Assembly (NCBI GenBank): GCA_030834985.1
Contig: JAUQWV010000003.1
Coordinates: 143,387 to 207,386, forward strand
DNA length: 64,000 nt
Direction of reading: 5' to 3'
Origin: Candidatus Dojkabacteria bacterium
Lineage (GTDB): Bacteria; Patescibacteriota; Dojkabacteria; J137
The notes under the pieces are model-generated. The model was not told the DNA's origin. It did not search any database and saw only the letters and a list, made by a program, of their open reading frames with translations. Positions 19,735-28,800 of this stretch are shown here, piece by piece. Within the stretch, counting starts at the first letter, position 1, and each line of letters begins with the position of its first letter. The translations under genes and the position numbers were made by a program.

Positions 19735-20858
19735 TACACCCAATAGCTAGGTTTAAGAGCCCCTCCCAACTGGCGCTTAAATTTATTTAAATCTGAAAAT
19801 TCTGATCCACCTAGATTAACGTACTCATAGCCTTTCTGCTTTAAAAGGCTAAATAATTCTACATAAGCAAATGTTGACATAGCAGACAAGCCAATTCTTT
19901 CGTCTGCATTCCATACCGCTCCTGTTAAATTGGTTAGAACACTTTCATCTCGAAGTGTGAATGGTGTATAAAGCGCAAACGTATCTGGCGATATACTTTC
20001 GCCAACAAAAACAGATACTGGAAATTTTCCAAGAAATCCTAAAAGCCCTACGCAAGCTTCATTCTTTAGAATTTTTGAGCTTATCGAATTGATATGGTCT
20101 TCTATTGAAGAACCCGCTCGTTTACCTTGCCTAGTAAGCATATCAAAATGAGAAGTAATGACATCTAAAGCCTGGACTGCATTCTTCCCTGTTAGAGATT
20201 CTAGCCTATATTTTATATCATTTCTTTGTAAAAAATTTCTAAATCTGGCATATGCATATTTAACTTTTTTGCCGCTATCACCCTCTAAATGATGTATTTT
20301 GTTTACTCTTCTTTCCTTACCATCTAAAATTACTACATCATCTATCTTAACTAAGCAATTATTAAATGTTTCGTCTTCCTCAGGAGATTCTGGACAGAAA
20401 GGATATTCTTTAACTGGCAAATAACCTTTTTTTATAAACTCAACATATAGATTTAAATCCAGATATCTAATATATACTCCCTGAATAGGTAATTCCTTAT
20501 TGCTAAATACTCTTTGTATAAAGGTATTTACCTTATCAACAATAGCAGATCCGGTTGGAGCAACAACAAACAAATAACCATTCTTATCATCTTCTTTCTT
20601 TTTAAAAAAGCTTATTGAAAAAATCGATTTACCATCTTCGTAAACTAATCCATATTTATGAAGAGAACTAGCGCCTCGAGGATTATTTCCATTCGAATAC
20701 AGTGAAAAGGCTAATGAGCTAATTCCGAAATTTCCATTTTTATATTTATTAACTTTTTCGAAATCTTTATCTGGGTTGAACGGAGATACATGTGTTAATT
20801 CTTTCAACAGGAATTCTTCAACTTTGTCTCTGTCTGTCATAAAAGCATTATAAATCAA
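19683..20858 (-). CDS. Hypothetical protein, possibly a GNAT-fold aminoacyl-transferase-like (FemAB / MprF-C-like) protein
   Basis: The C-terminal YEYVNLGGSEFSDLNKFKRQLGG resembles the Y.Y.fGG....FKr.fGG signature of FemAB/DUF2156-type GNAT folds. Weak. Confidence 0.3.
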   Translation of the reverse strand: MIYNAFMTDRDKVEEFLLKELTHVSPFNPDKDFEKVNKYKNGNFGISSLAFSLYSNGNNPRGASSLHKYGLVYEDGKSIFSISFFKKKEDDKNGYLFVVAPTGSAIVDKVNTFIQRVFSNKELPIQGVYIRYLDLNLYVEFIKKGYLPVKEYPFCPESPEEDETFNNCLVKIDDVVILDGKERRVNKIHHLEGDSGKKVKYAYARFRNFLQRNDIKYRLESLTGKNAVQALDVITSHFDMLTRQGKRAGSSIEDHINSISSKILKNEACVGLLGFLGKFPVSVFVGESISPDTFALYTPFTLRDESVLTNLTGAVWNADERIGLSAMSTFAYVELFSLLKQKGYEYVNLGGSEFSDLNKFKRQLGGALKPSYWVYQSRALHTKSNTAAVLL

Positions 20859-20895
20859 GGGATTATATCATATTTAAGATATATTAGTTTTACCT

Positions 20896-21690
20896 CTAAT
20901 CAATGCTTTCCCAGACAATATTGTGCAAGTATATTAGAAATTTACTTATCTCTATAGAATTTAGCTTTAAGGAAAATGGAGTTGTATGCTTAAAGTTAGA
21001 AAAAATAATATAAGATTTTGTTATAAAAATATCTGTTAATTCACTTTCTCTTAATAAGGGAGAATCTTTTATAACTTTAAATTCATAGTCAGTGTAATCA
21101 TAAGCTTTTATATTTTCTTTAAGCTCCCTAACCGAATCACCGTCTATGACCAAGTCTTTGAACTTACGCTTCTTATTTAATCTATTAGCCTGCGATTGCA
21201 GAAATAAACCCTTTGGAAATGTCTTATAGTAGTCATCCAATCTACATATTGAATATACTTCTGGAATATTGACAGTAGATCTGTATAATCTAAGAACCTC
21301 CTTCTTACCTAAATACAAATCTATACTACTGTCTAGAAATGACCCTGTTAACTTTAGAAGATTTAACATTTTATTTAGCGATTCTTGTGCAGATACAATA
21401 GTTTGAATCCTATCTTCTAGAATATTAAGGTTATTATGAAGAAATCTATCGAGACTACCTAACGATTTAGCCCTATACATCTTTGTCCCAGATTTGTCTT
21501 TTACAAAATAAGCTATCAGCCCTAAATCATCAAGACTATTTAAACTCTCAATTAGAGTACTTCTAGCCAAGCCTAGAACTAAGACTAATTCTTTTATTGT
21601 ACGTTCTCTAGAAAGGAGTAAGGCATATATTCTAGCTTGAGTTTTAGAGAGTCCAATCTGGTTTAGTAATTTTAATATCTCACTATCCAT
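20896..21690 (-). CDS. TrmB-like HTH transcriptional regulator (paralog 2). Start placed at MDSEILK (the longer ORF extends to 21735)
   Basis: N-terminal HTH (LGLSKTQARIYALLLSRERTIKELVLVLGLARSTLIESL). Confidence 0.5.
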   Translation of the reverse strand: MDSEILKLLNQIGLSKTQARIYALLLSRERTIKELVLVLGLARSTLIESLNSLDDLGLIAYFVKDKSGTKMYRAKSLGSLDRFLHNNLNILEDRIQTIVSAQESLNKMLNLLKLTGSFLDSSIDLYLGKKEVLRLYRSTVNIPEVYSICRLDDYYKTFPKGLFLQSQANRLNKKRKFKDLVIDGDSVRELKENIKAYDYTDYEFKVIKDSPLLRESELTDIFITKSYIIFSNFKHTTPFSLKLNSIEISKFLIYLHNIVWESID

Positions 21691-21708
21691 ATCTATTATA
21701 AATAAACT

Positions 21709-21729
21709 GTGTCGGTAATTGCCCGACAC
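21709..21729. promoter_or_regulatory. Operator-like inverted repeat in a divergent promoter region
   Basis: GTGTCGG-taattgc-CCGACAC, perfect 7-bp arms, between TrmB-like paralog 2 and XRE gene 1. Confidence 0.35.
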
Positions 21730-21775
21730 TGGCATTGACCAGTATTATAGCAAAAACTTATAGGCTGTCGAAGCT

Positions 21776-22033
21776 ATGGAACAAGGCAAAAGAATTAAAT
21801 ACTTTCGCAAACGAGCAAACGTTACGCAACTCGAGCTTGAGCTACGGATTAATGCCTCATTTGGGAGTATAAGTAGAATGGAGACTGGATTGACTAATCC
21901 TACCAAAGAAACATTATTTGCCATAGCAAATGCATTAAACCTAACAGGTTTAGAAACTGCTATTTTATTCGGGATCGATATCACTTCTTATAACATTTCA
22001 CAAAGTCAGAATTTAGAAATCAAACTTCCGTAA
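21776..22033 (+). CDS. XRE-family (Cro/C1-type) HTH small regulator, copy 1
   Basis: IKYFRKRANVTQLELELRINASFGSISRME..LTNPTKETLFAIANAL is a classic XRE HTH. Paralog of 23016..23300. Confidence 0.7.
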   Translation: MEQGKRIKYFRKRANVTQLELELRINASFGSISRMETGLTNPTKETLFAIANALNLTGLETAILFGIDITSYNISQSQNLEIKLP

Positions 22034-22081
22034 ACAAACTCTATTTTTTTAATTTAAAACAAATCCTGGATCGTATTTTTA

Positions 22082-22852
22082 TTAGAAGCTTGGAGTAGGA
22101 ACTACTTCCCACATAGTCTTAAATAAAGAAATACTGGTCTGTATTATCGGCTTACTATATATTACTAGACCATTTATATCTTTATCCTCCTCATAAACAA
22201 GTGCTATACCTTTAGCAGTTATCATATAGTCTAAAACATCAAAGTTATCCTCACACTTTAAGAATTTACAGCTATAAGTAGGGTATTTAAGCATTGATTT
22301 CACAAACTCATTCATAATCTTCCCATTAATTATTATGTCTTTAAGTATCATCCCACCTTCTAATGCGGTCTGAAATTTATTTACATTTTCGGGGAATAGA
22401 TCTGCTGTAAAGACAGAATTAACATAAGAATAAACTTCTTTGGATGTTAATACGAAATCATAAAGTCGCCTACAATTTTCTATTCCTTCAAACATCCTAA
22501 TATCTGCGAATGTAGTTTCTTTGAGATTATTAACAGAAGCATTAATAGAGCTAATTAAGTTCAGAACATTACCTTTTCTTCTTTTTACCTCTAGCTCTTG
22601 CTGTTCTATGAGACTTCTAAACCTTTCTGGATCTTCTGCTATTATATGTCTTCTATTAGTTTTCTTTATTTCACTTACTAAGCGTTTATCTAATAAGGAA
22701 CCAACAACCATATGGACTGTTGACCTATTTATTTTTGTATATTTAGATATACTTAAAATTGTACTTGGCCCCCTTTTAAGCAAGAAAAGATAAACCTTTG
22801 ATTCATTCTGAGTTAACCCTAAATCAGTTAAACTTACTTCTAAATTATTCAT
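22082..22852 (-). CDS. TrmB-like HTH transcriptional regulator (paralog 3)
   Basis: LGLTQNESKVYLFLLKRGPSTILSISKYTKINRSTVHMVVGSLLDKRLV plus RRHIIAEDPERF. Confidence 0.55.
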   Translation of the reverse strand: MNNLEVSLTDLGLTQNESKVYLFLLKRGPSTILSISKYTKINRSTVHMVVGSLLDKRLVSEIKKTNRRHIIAEDPERFRSLIEQQELEVKRRKGNVLNLISSINASVNNLKETTFADIRMFEGIENCRRLYDFVLTSKEVYSYVNSVFTADLFPENVNKFQTALEGGMILKDIIINGKIMNEFVKSMLKYPTYSCKFLKCEDNFDVLDYMITAKGIALVYEEDKDINGLVIYSKPIIQTSISLFKTMWEVVPTPSF

Positions 22853-22948
22853 TGTATAAGGTTTACTAACATTTAAAAGATATTAATAAGCAAATGACAG
22901 ATATGTACAGGTTATTAGCAAGTTAGTAACGTCAATCTACTCCTAACA

Positions 22949-22975
22949 TTTTGTTGCATAAATTTTGCAACAAAA
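22949..22975. promoter_or_regulatory. Operator-like inverted repeat in a divergent promoter region
   Basis: TTTTGTTGC-ataaatttt-GCAACAAAA, 9-bp arms, between TrmB-like paralog 3 and XRE gene 2. Confidence 0.35.
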
Positions 22976-23015
22976 TATATCCTGATTTTAGCATAGTAAG
23001 TAAAATCCTTATATT

Positions 23016-23300
23016 ATGCTAACAATAGGTCAAAGAATAAAACACTTCCGTAAACGAGCAAACGTTACGCAACTCGAGCTTGAGCTACGGATTAATGCCT
23101 CATTTGGGAGTATAAGTAGAATGGAAAATGGGTTAACTAACCCTACAAAAGAAACCCTGTTTGCGATTGCAAACGCATTAAACCTAACAGGACTAGAAAC
23201 TGCTATTCTTTTTGGGATTGACATAGGGTCTTCCAGCGTTCTACAAAGTGAAGATTTAGAAATTAAAGTTCTGCAATCTGATAATATTCATTCAATTTGA
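23016..23300 (+). CDS. XRE-family HTH small regulator, copy 2
   Basis: N-terminal 60 aa nearly identical to copy 1. Divergent C-terminal tail. 3' end overlaps the Elp3-like gene convergently. Confidence 0.7.
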   Translation: MLTIGQRIKHFRKRANVTQLELELRINASFGSISRMENGLTNPTKETLFAIANALNLTGLETAILFGIDIGSSSVLQSEDLEIKVLQSDNIHSI

Positions 23301-25092
23301 AACCTCTTTTGTCGTAATATTCTCTTGTACCAATGCTTGAGATCACTGCAAGTTTAGTAAAGCCTTTTTCTTTAGCTATCTCTTTAGCTTTTTGTATAAG
23401 TTGAGTGCCCAAGCCTAGGTGCTGCGCTTGTCCGCTGGAGGTTTTATCGAATTCTAGGCTTGGGCCATAAACATGGACTTCACGAATAATGGCACAATCG
23501 TCTAGCTCATTTGTAATTATATTCTCTTTGCTTTTAGGCAAAGATAACCTCAAAAAGCCTGCAATTTCATTTTTAGCAGTTATAAACTGTAGGAATAGCT
23601 CATTAGCTATTTCTGTTGAATAGGGCACAATATCAAGCTTTAAATCTTCAAATTTTAGGTTCCTAAACTTAACTTCCCGCGCTCGAATATTTTGATTCTT
23701 GCGGCCTTCCTTTGCTAGTTTATATTCAATAACTTCTCGAAGATTTGTAGTTTTATTGCCGTCTGCAATCTCTGTAGATGGAATATCCCTAATAATTCTT
23801 GTCAGACGGCAATACTGAGGAGTTGCCTCTATACAATCAGCTATTAGATTTATAAGCTGTTGAGTAGTATATGGCTTGTATTTACCTTCTTGCCAATAGT
23901 TATATAATTCAGTATTTTTAATAATTGAAGTAGGGTAGATTTTCAGCTCATCAGGCTTATATTGTTCACTTTCAAATAGTTCTTTATATACTTTCAAATC
24001 AATTTCAGGAGTCGCTCCATACAAATTAGGCATTATGTGAGCATGGATTTTAAAACCGCCTGCACGAAGCAGCTGGAAGGCCCGTGAAGTTTCTGCACGA
24101 TGTTCCCCGCGCTTATTTAAATCACTTATCCTATCATCTAGAGTTTGGATTCCTAGTTGTATTTTTGTTGCGCCAAGCTTACGCAAGTCCAGAACGTCTG
24201 CGGGAGTAATTGTATCTGGCCTGGTCTCTAAAACCAAACCTACACAACGGCATGAAGATTTTGAGTTTTCGTCCTGAACATTAATCAGATCATTCCACTC
24301 GATATCTTTTTCTTCAATAATCTTTGCCTTAAAAGCCTCTTTAAATTCCTTTGTTTGAATTAACTGATTATATGGTTTATTACCATAAATCTTACGTAAA
24401 TCAGTATTGATATCGTTTTTTAAATCATTTTCTATATTTATACCTTTTAAGTCTTCCAGATCGGACATGTTTTGATGAAATACATTGTCATTATCATGGA
24501 GCCTGCTAAATTCGTTCATTGCTCTAAAACACTCATGAATGAACCAAATCTTGTATTTTTTTGGGTAATAGCTCCATGTTCCGCCTAATATGAGTAATTC
24601 AATTTTCTGAGTAGGGTGCCCAATATTTTTAAGGGCCTGTAGTCGATTAAAAACCTGAGCATAAGGGCTAAAGCGGTTCATTAAAGCACGCTGGGCACCC
24701 GGCTCTGTCGCAATATAGCTTTTAGGCATTCGCACATCATTTGGACAAAATACACACTGGCCTGGACATGCAAATGGTTTAGTAAGCACTGTTACTGTAG
24801 TTACGCCTGAAACCGTTCGCATAGGTTTCAATTTTATTTGGTCAATAATTCTTTCTAGCCCACTAATATCATTACCTGATAGCTTAATACCTTCAATACT
24901 ACCTACTTTTATAAAGTGATTTATACCTGCAATAACCTGATCCCTGCCAAAAATCTCATTTTTATCCTTTGGATATTTTCTTAAAATTTTATCTAAAGTC
25001 TTAAGATTAAACTTTTTGGCACTTAAAATAGCGGCAACAATAGAAGCTAAATCTGATTTGTATTTTTCGATATTAAATTGGTAATTCTGCAT
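23263..25092 (-). CDS. Elp3-like radical SAM + GNAT protein (tRNA wobble-uridine carboxymethyl/acetyl-transferase homologue)
   Basis: Radical-SAM cluster motif CPGQCVFCP followed by SYIATEPGAQRA. C-terminal GNAT with HVYGPSLEF..QAQHLGLGTQLI..ISSIGTREYYDKRGF, matching the Elp3 C-terminus pattern. Confidence 0.8.
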   Translation of the reverse strand: MQNYQFNIEKYKSDLASIVAAILSAKKFNLKTLDKILRKYPKDKNEIFGRDQVIAGINHFIKVGSIEGIKLSGNDISGLERIIDQIKLKPMRTVSGVTTVTVLTKPFACPGQCVFCPNDVRMPKSYIATEPGAQRALMNRFSPYAQVFNRLQALKNIGHPTQKIELLILGGTWSYYPKKYKIWFIHECFRAMNEFSRLHDNDNVFHQNMSDLEDLKGINIENDLKNDINTDLRKIYGNKPYNQLIQTKEFKEAFKAKIIEEKDIEWNDLINVQDENSKSSCRCVGLVLETRPDTITPADVLDLRKLGATKIQLGIQTLDDRISDLNKRGEHRAETSRAFQLLRAGGFKIHAHIMPNLYGATPEIDLKVYKELFESEQYKPDELKIYPTSIIKNTELYNYWQEGKYKPYTTQQLINLIADCIEATPQYCRLTRIIRDIPSTEIADGNKTTNLREVIEYKLAKEGRKNQNIRAREVKFRNLKFEDLKLDIVPYSTEIANELFLQFITAKNEIAGFLRLSLPKSKENIITNELDDCAIIREVHVYGPSLEFDKTSSGQAQHLGLGTQLIQKAKEIAKEKGFTKLAVISSIGTREYYDKRGFKLNEYYQIAEL

Positions 25093-25144
25093 TGGGTAAT
25101 TTTAACACGCACTTCTGATACAATATCAGTAGTTATTTATTTGT

Positions 25145-25831
25145 ATGGACCTTTATTCTACTTACGCAGAGGATTTCTCAAAAACAAGGCAAGCTCCATG
25201 GGATGGATGGAAAAAGACACTTAAATATATTAATTCGCTTACCAAACCTAAAGTATTAGATTTAGGCTGCGGAAATGGCCGTTTTTTAAAGTTTTTGGTT
25301 AATTCTGGTGTAAACTTGGGTGAATATACTGGTGTAGATAATTCATCTGAACTTTTAAAGATGACCGATGACTTTATGCATCAAATTCAAGCAACTAATC
25401 GGTTATCTAAATTTGAGCTTTTAAATTTAGACTTTGAGGACTTAAAGTGGGGTACCCATATAAACCAAACCTACAACCTGATAGTAGCATTTGGCATTAC
25501 TCATCACTTAAAAACAGTAGAATCGCGAAGACAATTTTTTAATACAATAAATTTCTTGTTAGAGAAAGACGGATTTTTGATTGTTACTTTCTGGGAATTC
25601 CTAAAAATTGATAGATACAAAGAGAAGTTGACGCCTGTAGTTATTGAAAGTTCACAAAATGATTTTGAGATGACATTTGGTACAAATGGAGCAAAGAGAT
25701 TTTGTCATTACTATAATCCGCTAGAGATTATTGAACTAACTAGCCATCTTCCATTAAAAATAATGGAAGAATATAACGAAGATGGAGTAGAAAATAACCA
25801 AAACCATTATATTGTTTACAAAAAACTTTAA
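25145..25831 (+). CDS. Trm9/ALKBH8-like SAM-dependent methyltransferase (class I)
   Basis: N-terminal Y..YAEDFSKTRQAPW (Trm9-type Y..IA..FS.TR.kPW), VLDLGCGNGRFL motif I, and a later ITHHL...W motif resembling Trm9 HHW. Confidence 0.6.
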   Translation: MDLYSTYAEDFSKTRQAPWDGWKKTLKYINSLTKPKVLDLGCGNGRFLKFLVNSGVNLGEYTGVDNSSELLKMTDDFMHQIQATNRLSKFELLNLDFEDLKWGTHINQTYNLIVAFGITHHLKTVESRRQFFNTINFLLEKDGFLIVTFWEFLKIDRYKEKLTPVVIESSQNDFEMTFGTNGAKRFCHYYNPLEIIELTSHLPLKIMEEYNEDGVENNQNHYIVYKKL

Positions 25832-26511
25832 TGGACTTCAAAAGGAGAGGTACAAGCAACCTAGATATTAGAAGTAGGAAGCTAAAAACAAAGCTTATCG
25901 TTTTTCGCGATAAACATTTTAATTTAAGATCTATTTTAAAATTAATATTACCTATTGTGATTGTGGCGGCGCTGATGCCGTTAGCTTTGTACTTTTTAGT
26001 AACATGGACCTATCAGCGCCGCACAATCACCACTCCTCAAGAAATCCCATTAGAGCTGCGTACTGGCGTTGTCATGTTGCGCCAGGAAGATATCTTATAC
26101 GACTTTGACAACGCCAGGCAACTAATTAACCAAATGTTAGATTTATACACTAAAAAAAGAGTAACTCAAGTATTCATCATTGCTTACAACGATAACAGAA
26201 CTGTTGTTTCATCAATTGAACCTTTTGAGCAGTTCTTTAAAGATATTCCAACTGATAATTACAAAATTGATATCTCTGCTAAAAATATCTTTGAAGCATG
26301 TAATACAATTTCGGAAAAATATCAAACTCAAAAGTTTCTACTTACTTCGTACCGAAATGTTTTGCCACGTATGAGTTATGCATGCAACGTTGAAGGACAA
26401 TATGTAAAGCCATACTTGCCTAGAGAGTATCAATTTACAACCCAGGAAGATGATTTTAAAGATACGCTTGATATAATATTAAAAAGTATCTTTCCAAATA
26501 CACAAGAATAG
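25831..26511 (+). CDS. SanA/DUF218-like membrane-anchored protein
   Basis: N-terminal TM, then TGVVML ... VFIIAYNDN ... FLLTSYRNVLPRMSYAC, matching the layout of E. coli SanA. Confidence 0.4.
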   Translation: MDFKRRGTSNLDIRSRKLKTKLIVFRDKHFNLRSILKLILPIVIVAALMPLALYFLVTWTYQRRTITTPQEIPLELRTGVVMLRQEDILYDFDNARQLINQMLDLYTKKRVTQVFIIAYNDNRTVVSSIEPFEQFFKDIPTDNYKIDISAKNIFEACNTISEKYQTQKFLLTSYRNVLPRMSYACNVEGQYVKPYLPREYQFTTQEDDFKDTLDIILKSIFPNTQE

Positions 26512-26566
26512 TACTTAAAACCAGCCTGACTAAGTTGTACAATGATAGAAGATTATCCGAACTTTT

Positions 26567-27670
26567 ATGAAAGATAAAAAAGTCATATTCATTGGAGTGA
26601 TTGCACTTGTAATCTGCATTGTCTTACTAGCAACAATACTGCTGCTTTCATTACTATCTGGAATGAATAATACTAATAATACAAATCCGCCTGTTTCAAC
26701 TCCTGTAAGCTTGCCGGTAAATATTATAGATTTAACAAACGCACCTGGTGGACGATTTGAATATGCTGTAATTAAGCCTGACGACACAATTGAACTGAAA
26801 AATAAAATGAACGAAAGGTTCATTATCGGGTTAGAAAAACGTGAGTGGAAAAGCTTATCCTGGAGTCCAGACGGCAAGCTTGTAGCCACACTTGGTAAAT
26901 CAGCAGAGGATATATACGACATATACATATACAATATTGAAAGCAAAACTTGGTCAACTGCAACAGATTATAGAAATTTTGAAGATGGAGTTGATCAATA
27001 TGTGTGGACTGATAACAATACAATCCTTTATACTCAAGGTCAGGCACCTAACCGATGGCTGCATAGATTTAATTATTTATCTAAAGAAATACTAAAAGCA
27101 TCTAATATTCTAGGAAATATTGTAAGCGTTAGTCCTAATAGAAATTTTGTTGTTATTAAAGATACAGTAAGTGCACCAGAAATTTATGATTCTAACGGAG
27201 TAAAATTAACAACTGTAGCTAATATTCGAGATCTTGAAACACAAAGCCCTATTGCATTTAGTCAAGTTGAATTCTTTAAAGATTCAGATAAAATCTTAGC
27301 TAAAACCTTAACCAATAGTTATTACAAGATGAATCTGGGAGACACTAACGCAGTAGTCACAACGCTACCTAGTACCTACCAAACATTATGTTCTTTAAGC
27401 GATAATTCGTTTGGTGTGTTTGATATTGATGGCAATACTTTGACTTATGCTACATTTAACTCTCGAGACGATCTGCTAAATATTTTAGTAGAAGAGGAAT
27501 TCAAAAAACCATTTAGTATTAATAAGGAGCTTTCGTACTGCATCAATAGCACTGCATATATAAAAGTAGAATTTACAGATTTAACAACTAAATGGTATAA
27601 ACTAACCAATACTACACTAGAAGAAGACCTAGTGCTTGTTGATAATATAGAAATAGCAATTATTAAATAA
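26567..27670 (+). CDS. Hypothetical exported protein, possible PD40/TolB-like beta-propeller repeats
   Basis: N-terminal TM/signal. SWSPDGKLVAT-type repeat. Confidence 0.4.
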   Translation: MKDKKVIFIGVIALVICIVLLATILLLSLLSGMNNTNNTNPPVSTPVSLPVNIIDLTNAPGGRFEYAVIKPDDTIELKNKMNERFIIGLEKREWKSLSWSPDGKLVATLGKSAEDIYDIYIYNIESKTWSTATDYRNFEDGVDQYVWTDNNTILYTQGQAPNRWLHRFNYLSKEILKASNILGNIVSVSPNRNFVVIKDTVSAPEIYDSNGVKLTTVANIRDLETQSPIAFSQVEFFKDSDKILAKTLTNSYYKMNLGDTNAVVTTLPSTYQTLCSLSDNSFGVFDIDGNTLTYATFNSRDDLLNILVEEEFKKPFSINKELSYCINSTAYIKVEFTDLTTKWYKLTNTTLEEDLVLVDNIEIAIIK

Positions 27671-27672
27671 AT

Positions 27673-28026
27673 ATGAATTCCAAAGACCTACTGCAAAAGG
27701 CCGAAGACTATTTAGCAAATGAAGGTGTTGACGTTAGCGGTAAATCTGACAGTGAAACGTTAAAAGAATATATTTTACCTGCTATGGAATCTTCTAAAGA
27801 TGTATTAAGTGCTATTTATGCTTTTCAATCACGTGGTAGAGCTGGGTTCTTAGGCAAAATCAAAACATTCGTTCAAAGAAAAATCATATTCACAGTAATT
27901 AACGTGATTGAAAAGCAGAGCATGCGGCAGCAAAAATTTAACGAACTTACATATAGAGCAGTTGAGAAACTAATTGCAGAAAATGAAAGTCTTAAAAAAG
28001 AGCTTGAAGACTTAAAAAACAAATAA
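27673..28026 (+). CDS. Hypothetical protein with C-terminal coiled coil
   Basis: No family recognised. Adjacent to, possibly translationally coupled with, the upstream gene. Confidence 0.35.
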   Translation: MNSKDLLQKAEDYLANEGVDVSGKSDSETLKEYILPAMESSKDVLSAIYAFQSRGRAGFLGKIKTFVQRKIIFTVINVIEKQSMRQQKFNELTYRAVEKLIAENESLKKELEDLKNK

Positions 28027-28033
28027 ACTGCTT

Positions 28034-28579
28034 TTATTTAGCCCACTTCATTTCAACATCAAAATATCTTTCCATTATAGAGCCTGTAACAAAGTGTGCT
28101 ATGTATTCCTGTATCAGTTTCAACATTATTACCAAAGCAAACATTGGTACCAAAAACGGCGGTTCAATTAAAAATGATAATTGAGGTACGATAACTCCTA
28201 TTAAAATTAAAATAAATACATTCTCATAAAAATTAGCGAACAACAAAAAGAGCTTACGCTGATGTGTTTTAAGAAAAACAAAAAAACCAAAGAGTCTGTA
28301 AGCGTAGAGTAAAGCAAGTAGCTCTCTAAAAATATAAAAGCGAGGATCTAAAATTACCAAAGCAAAGGTAATTGTATACCACACAAGGTCTAAAGTTTTA
28401 TCTATATGCTGATACTCAATACTTTTAATGCCACCTCTTGCAGCATAAAGCCCATCAAAAGCGTCAAACACAATCATAAAAAGTACAGCTAATAGAGGAT
28501 TAACAAATATCAGGAAAGGGGACACTAAACGGGCAGCAATTAGTATTATGTAGTTTAATTTATACTCGCCCTTGGTCAT
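28034..28579 (-). CDS. CDP-alcohol phosphatidyltransferase-like membrane protein
   Basis: Loose match to DG..AR..(8)..G...D...D: DAFDGLYAARGGIKSIEYQHIDKTLD. Multi-TM. Confidence 0.4.
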   Translation of the reverse strand: MTKGEYKLNYIILIAARLVSPFLIFVNPLLAVLFMIVFDAFDGLYAARGGIKSIEYQHIDKTLDLVWYTITFALVILDPRFYIFRELLALLYAYRLFGFFVFLKTHQRKLFLLFANFYENVFILILIGVIVPQLSFLIEPPFLVPMFALVIMLKLIQEYIAHFVTGSIMERYFDVEMKWAK

Positions 28580-28619
28580 AATAGATTTATTCTATCATAA
28601 TTACAGATATACGTTTTGT

Positions 28620-28800
28620 GATATAATCCTTTCAAGTTCGTTATTACCTAAGATTAACGTCACTTAGGAAGAAAAAGAAAGAACGCCGTATAAGCAAGTA
28701 GATTCTTTCGGGACAAGCCCGTTATAGCTTAAGAAAAGCGCCCTAATACCTCAAATTAGGGAATAGAGGTGGTACCACTGCAAACAGTCCTCATAAATTA
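28620..28800 (+). promoter_or_regulatory. Candidate T-box riboswitch leader upstream of valS
   Basis: AAATTAGGG (28753-28761) and GGTGGTACC (28768-28776) resemble the T-box AAUUAGGGUGGNACC core, with a 7-nt insertion. Preceding CCCTAAT/ATTAGGG helix. Located in the 5' leader of an aminoacyl-tRNA synthetase gene. Confidence 0.35.

Noticed and set aside
21745-21984. 79-aa minus-strand ORF mirrored at 23030..23224 (64 aa)
   Set aside because: Both are antisense to the well-supported XRE-HTH genes and exist only because the duplicated sequence is ORF-permissive on both strands. Low-complexity S/R/L-rich translations.
21790-23215. Repeat pair considered as a possible CRISPR array or IS terminal repeats
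   Set aside because: Only two copies, 1.2 kb apart. Each is an intact protein-coding HTH gene with diverged synonymous sites. No spacer-repeat periodicity or transposase.
26530-27095. Minus- and plus-strand small ORFs (138, 74, 67 aa) overlapping the 367-aa exported protein gene
   Set aside because: Nested or antisense within a longer coherent ORF. Cys/Tyr-rich low-complexity translations.
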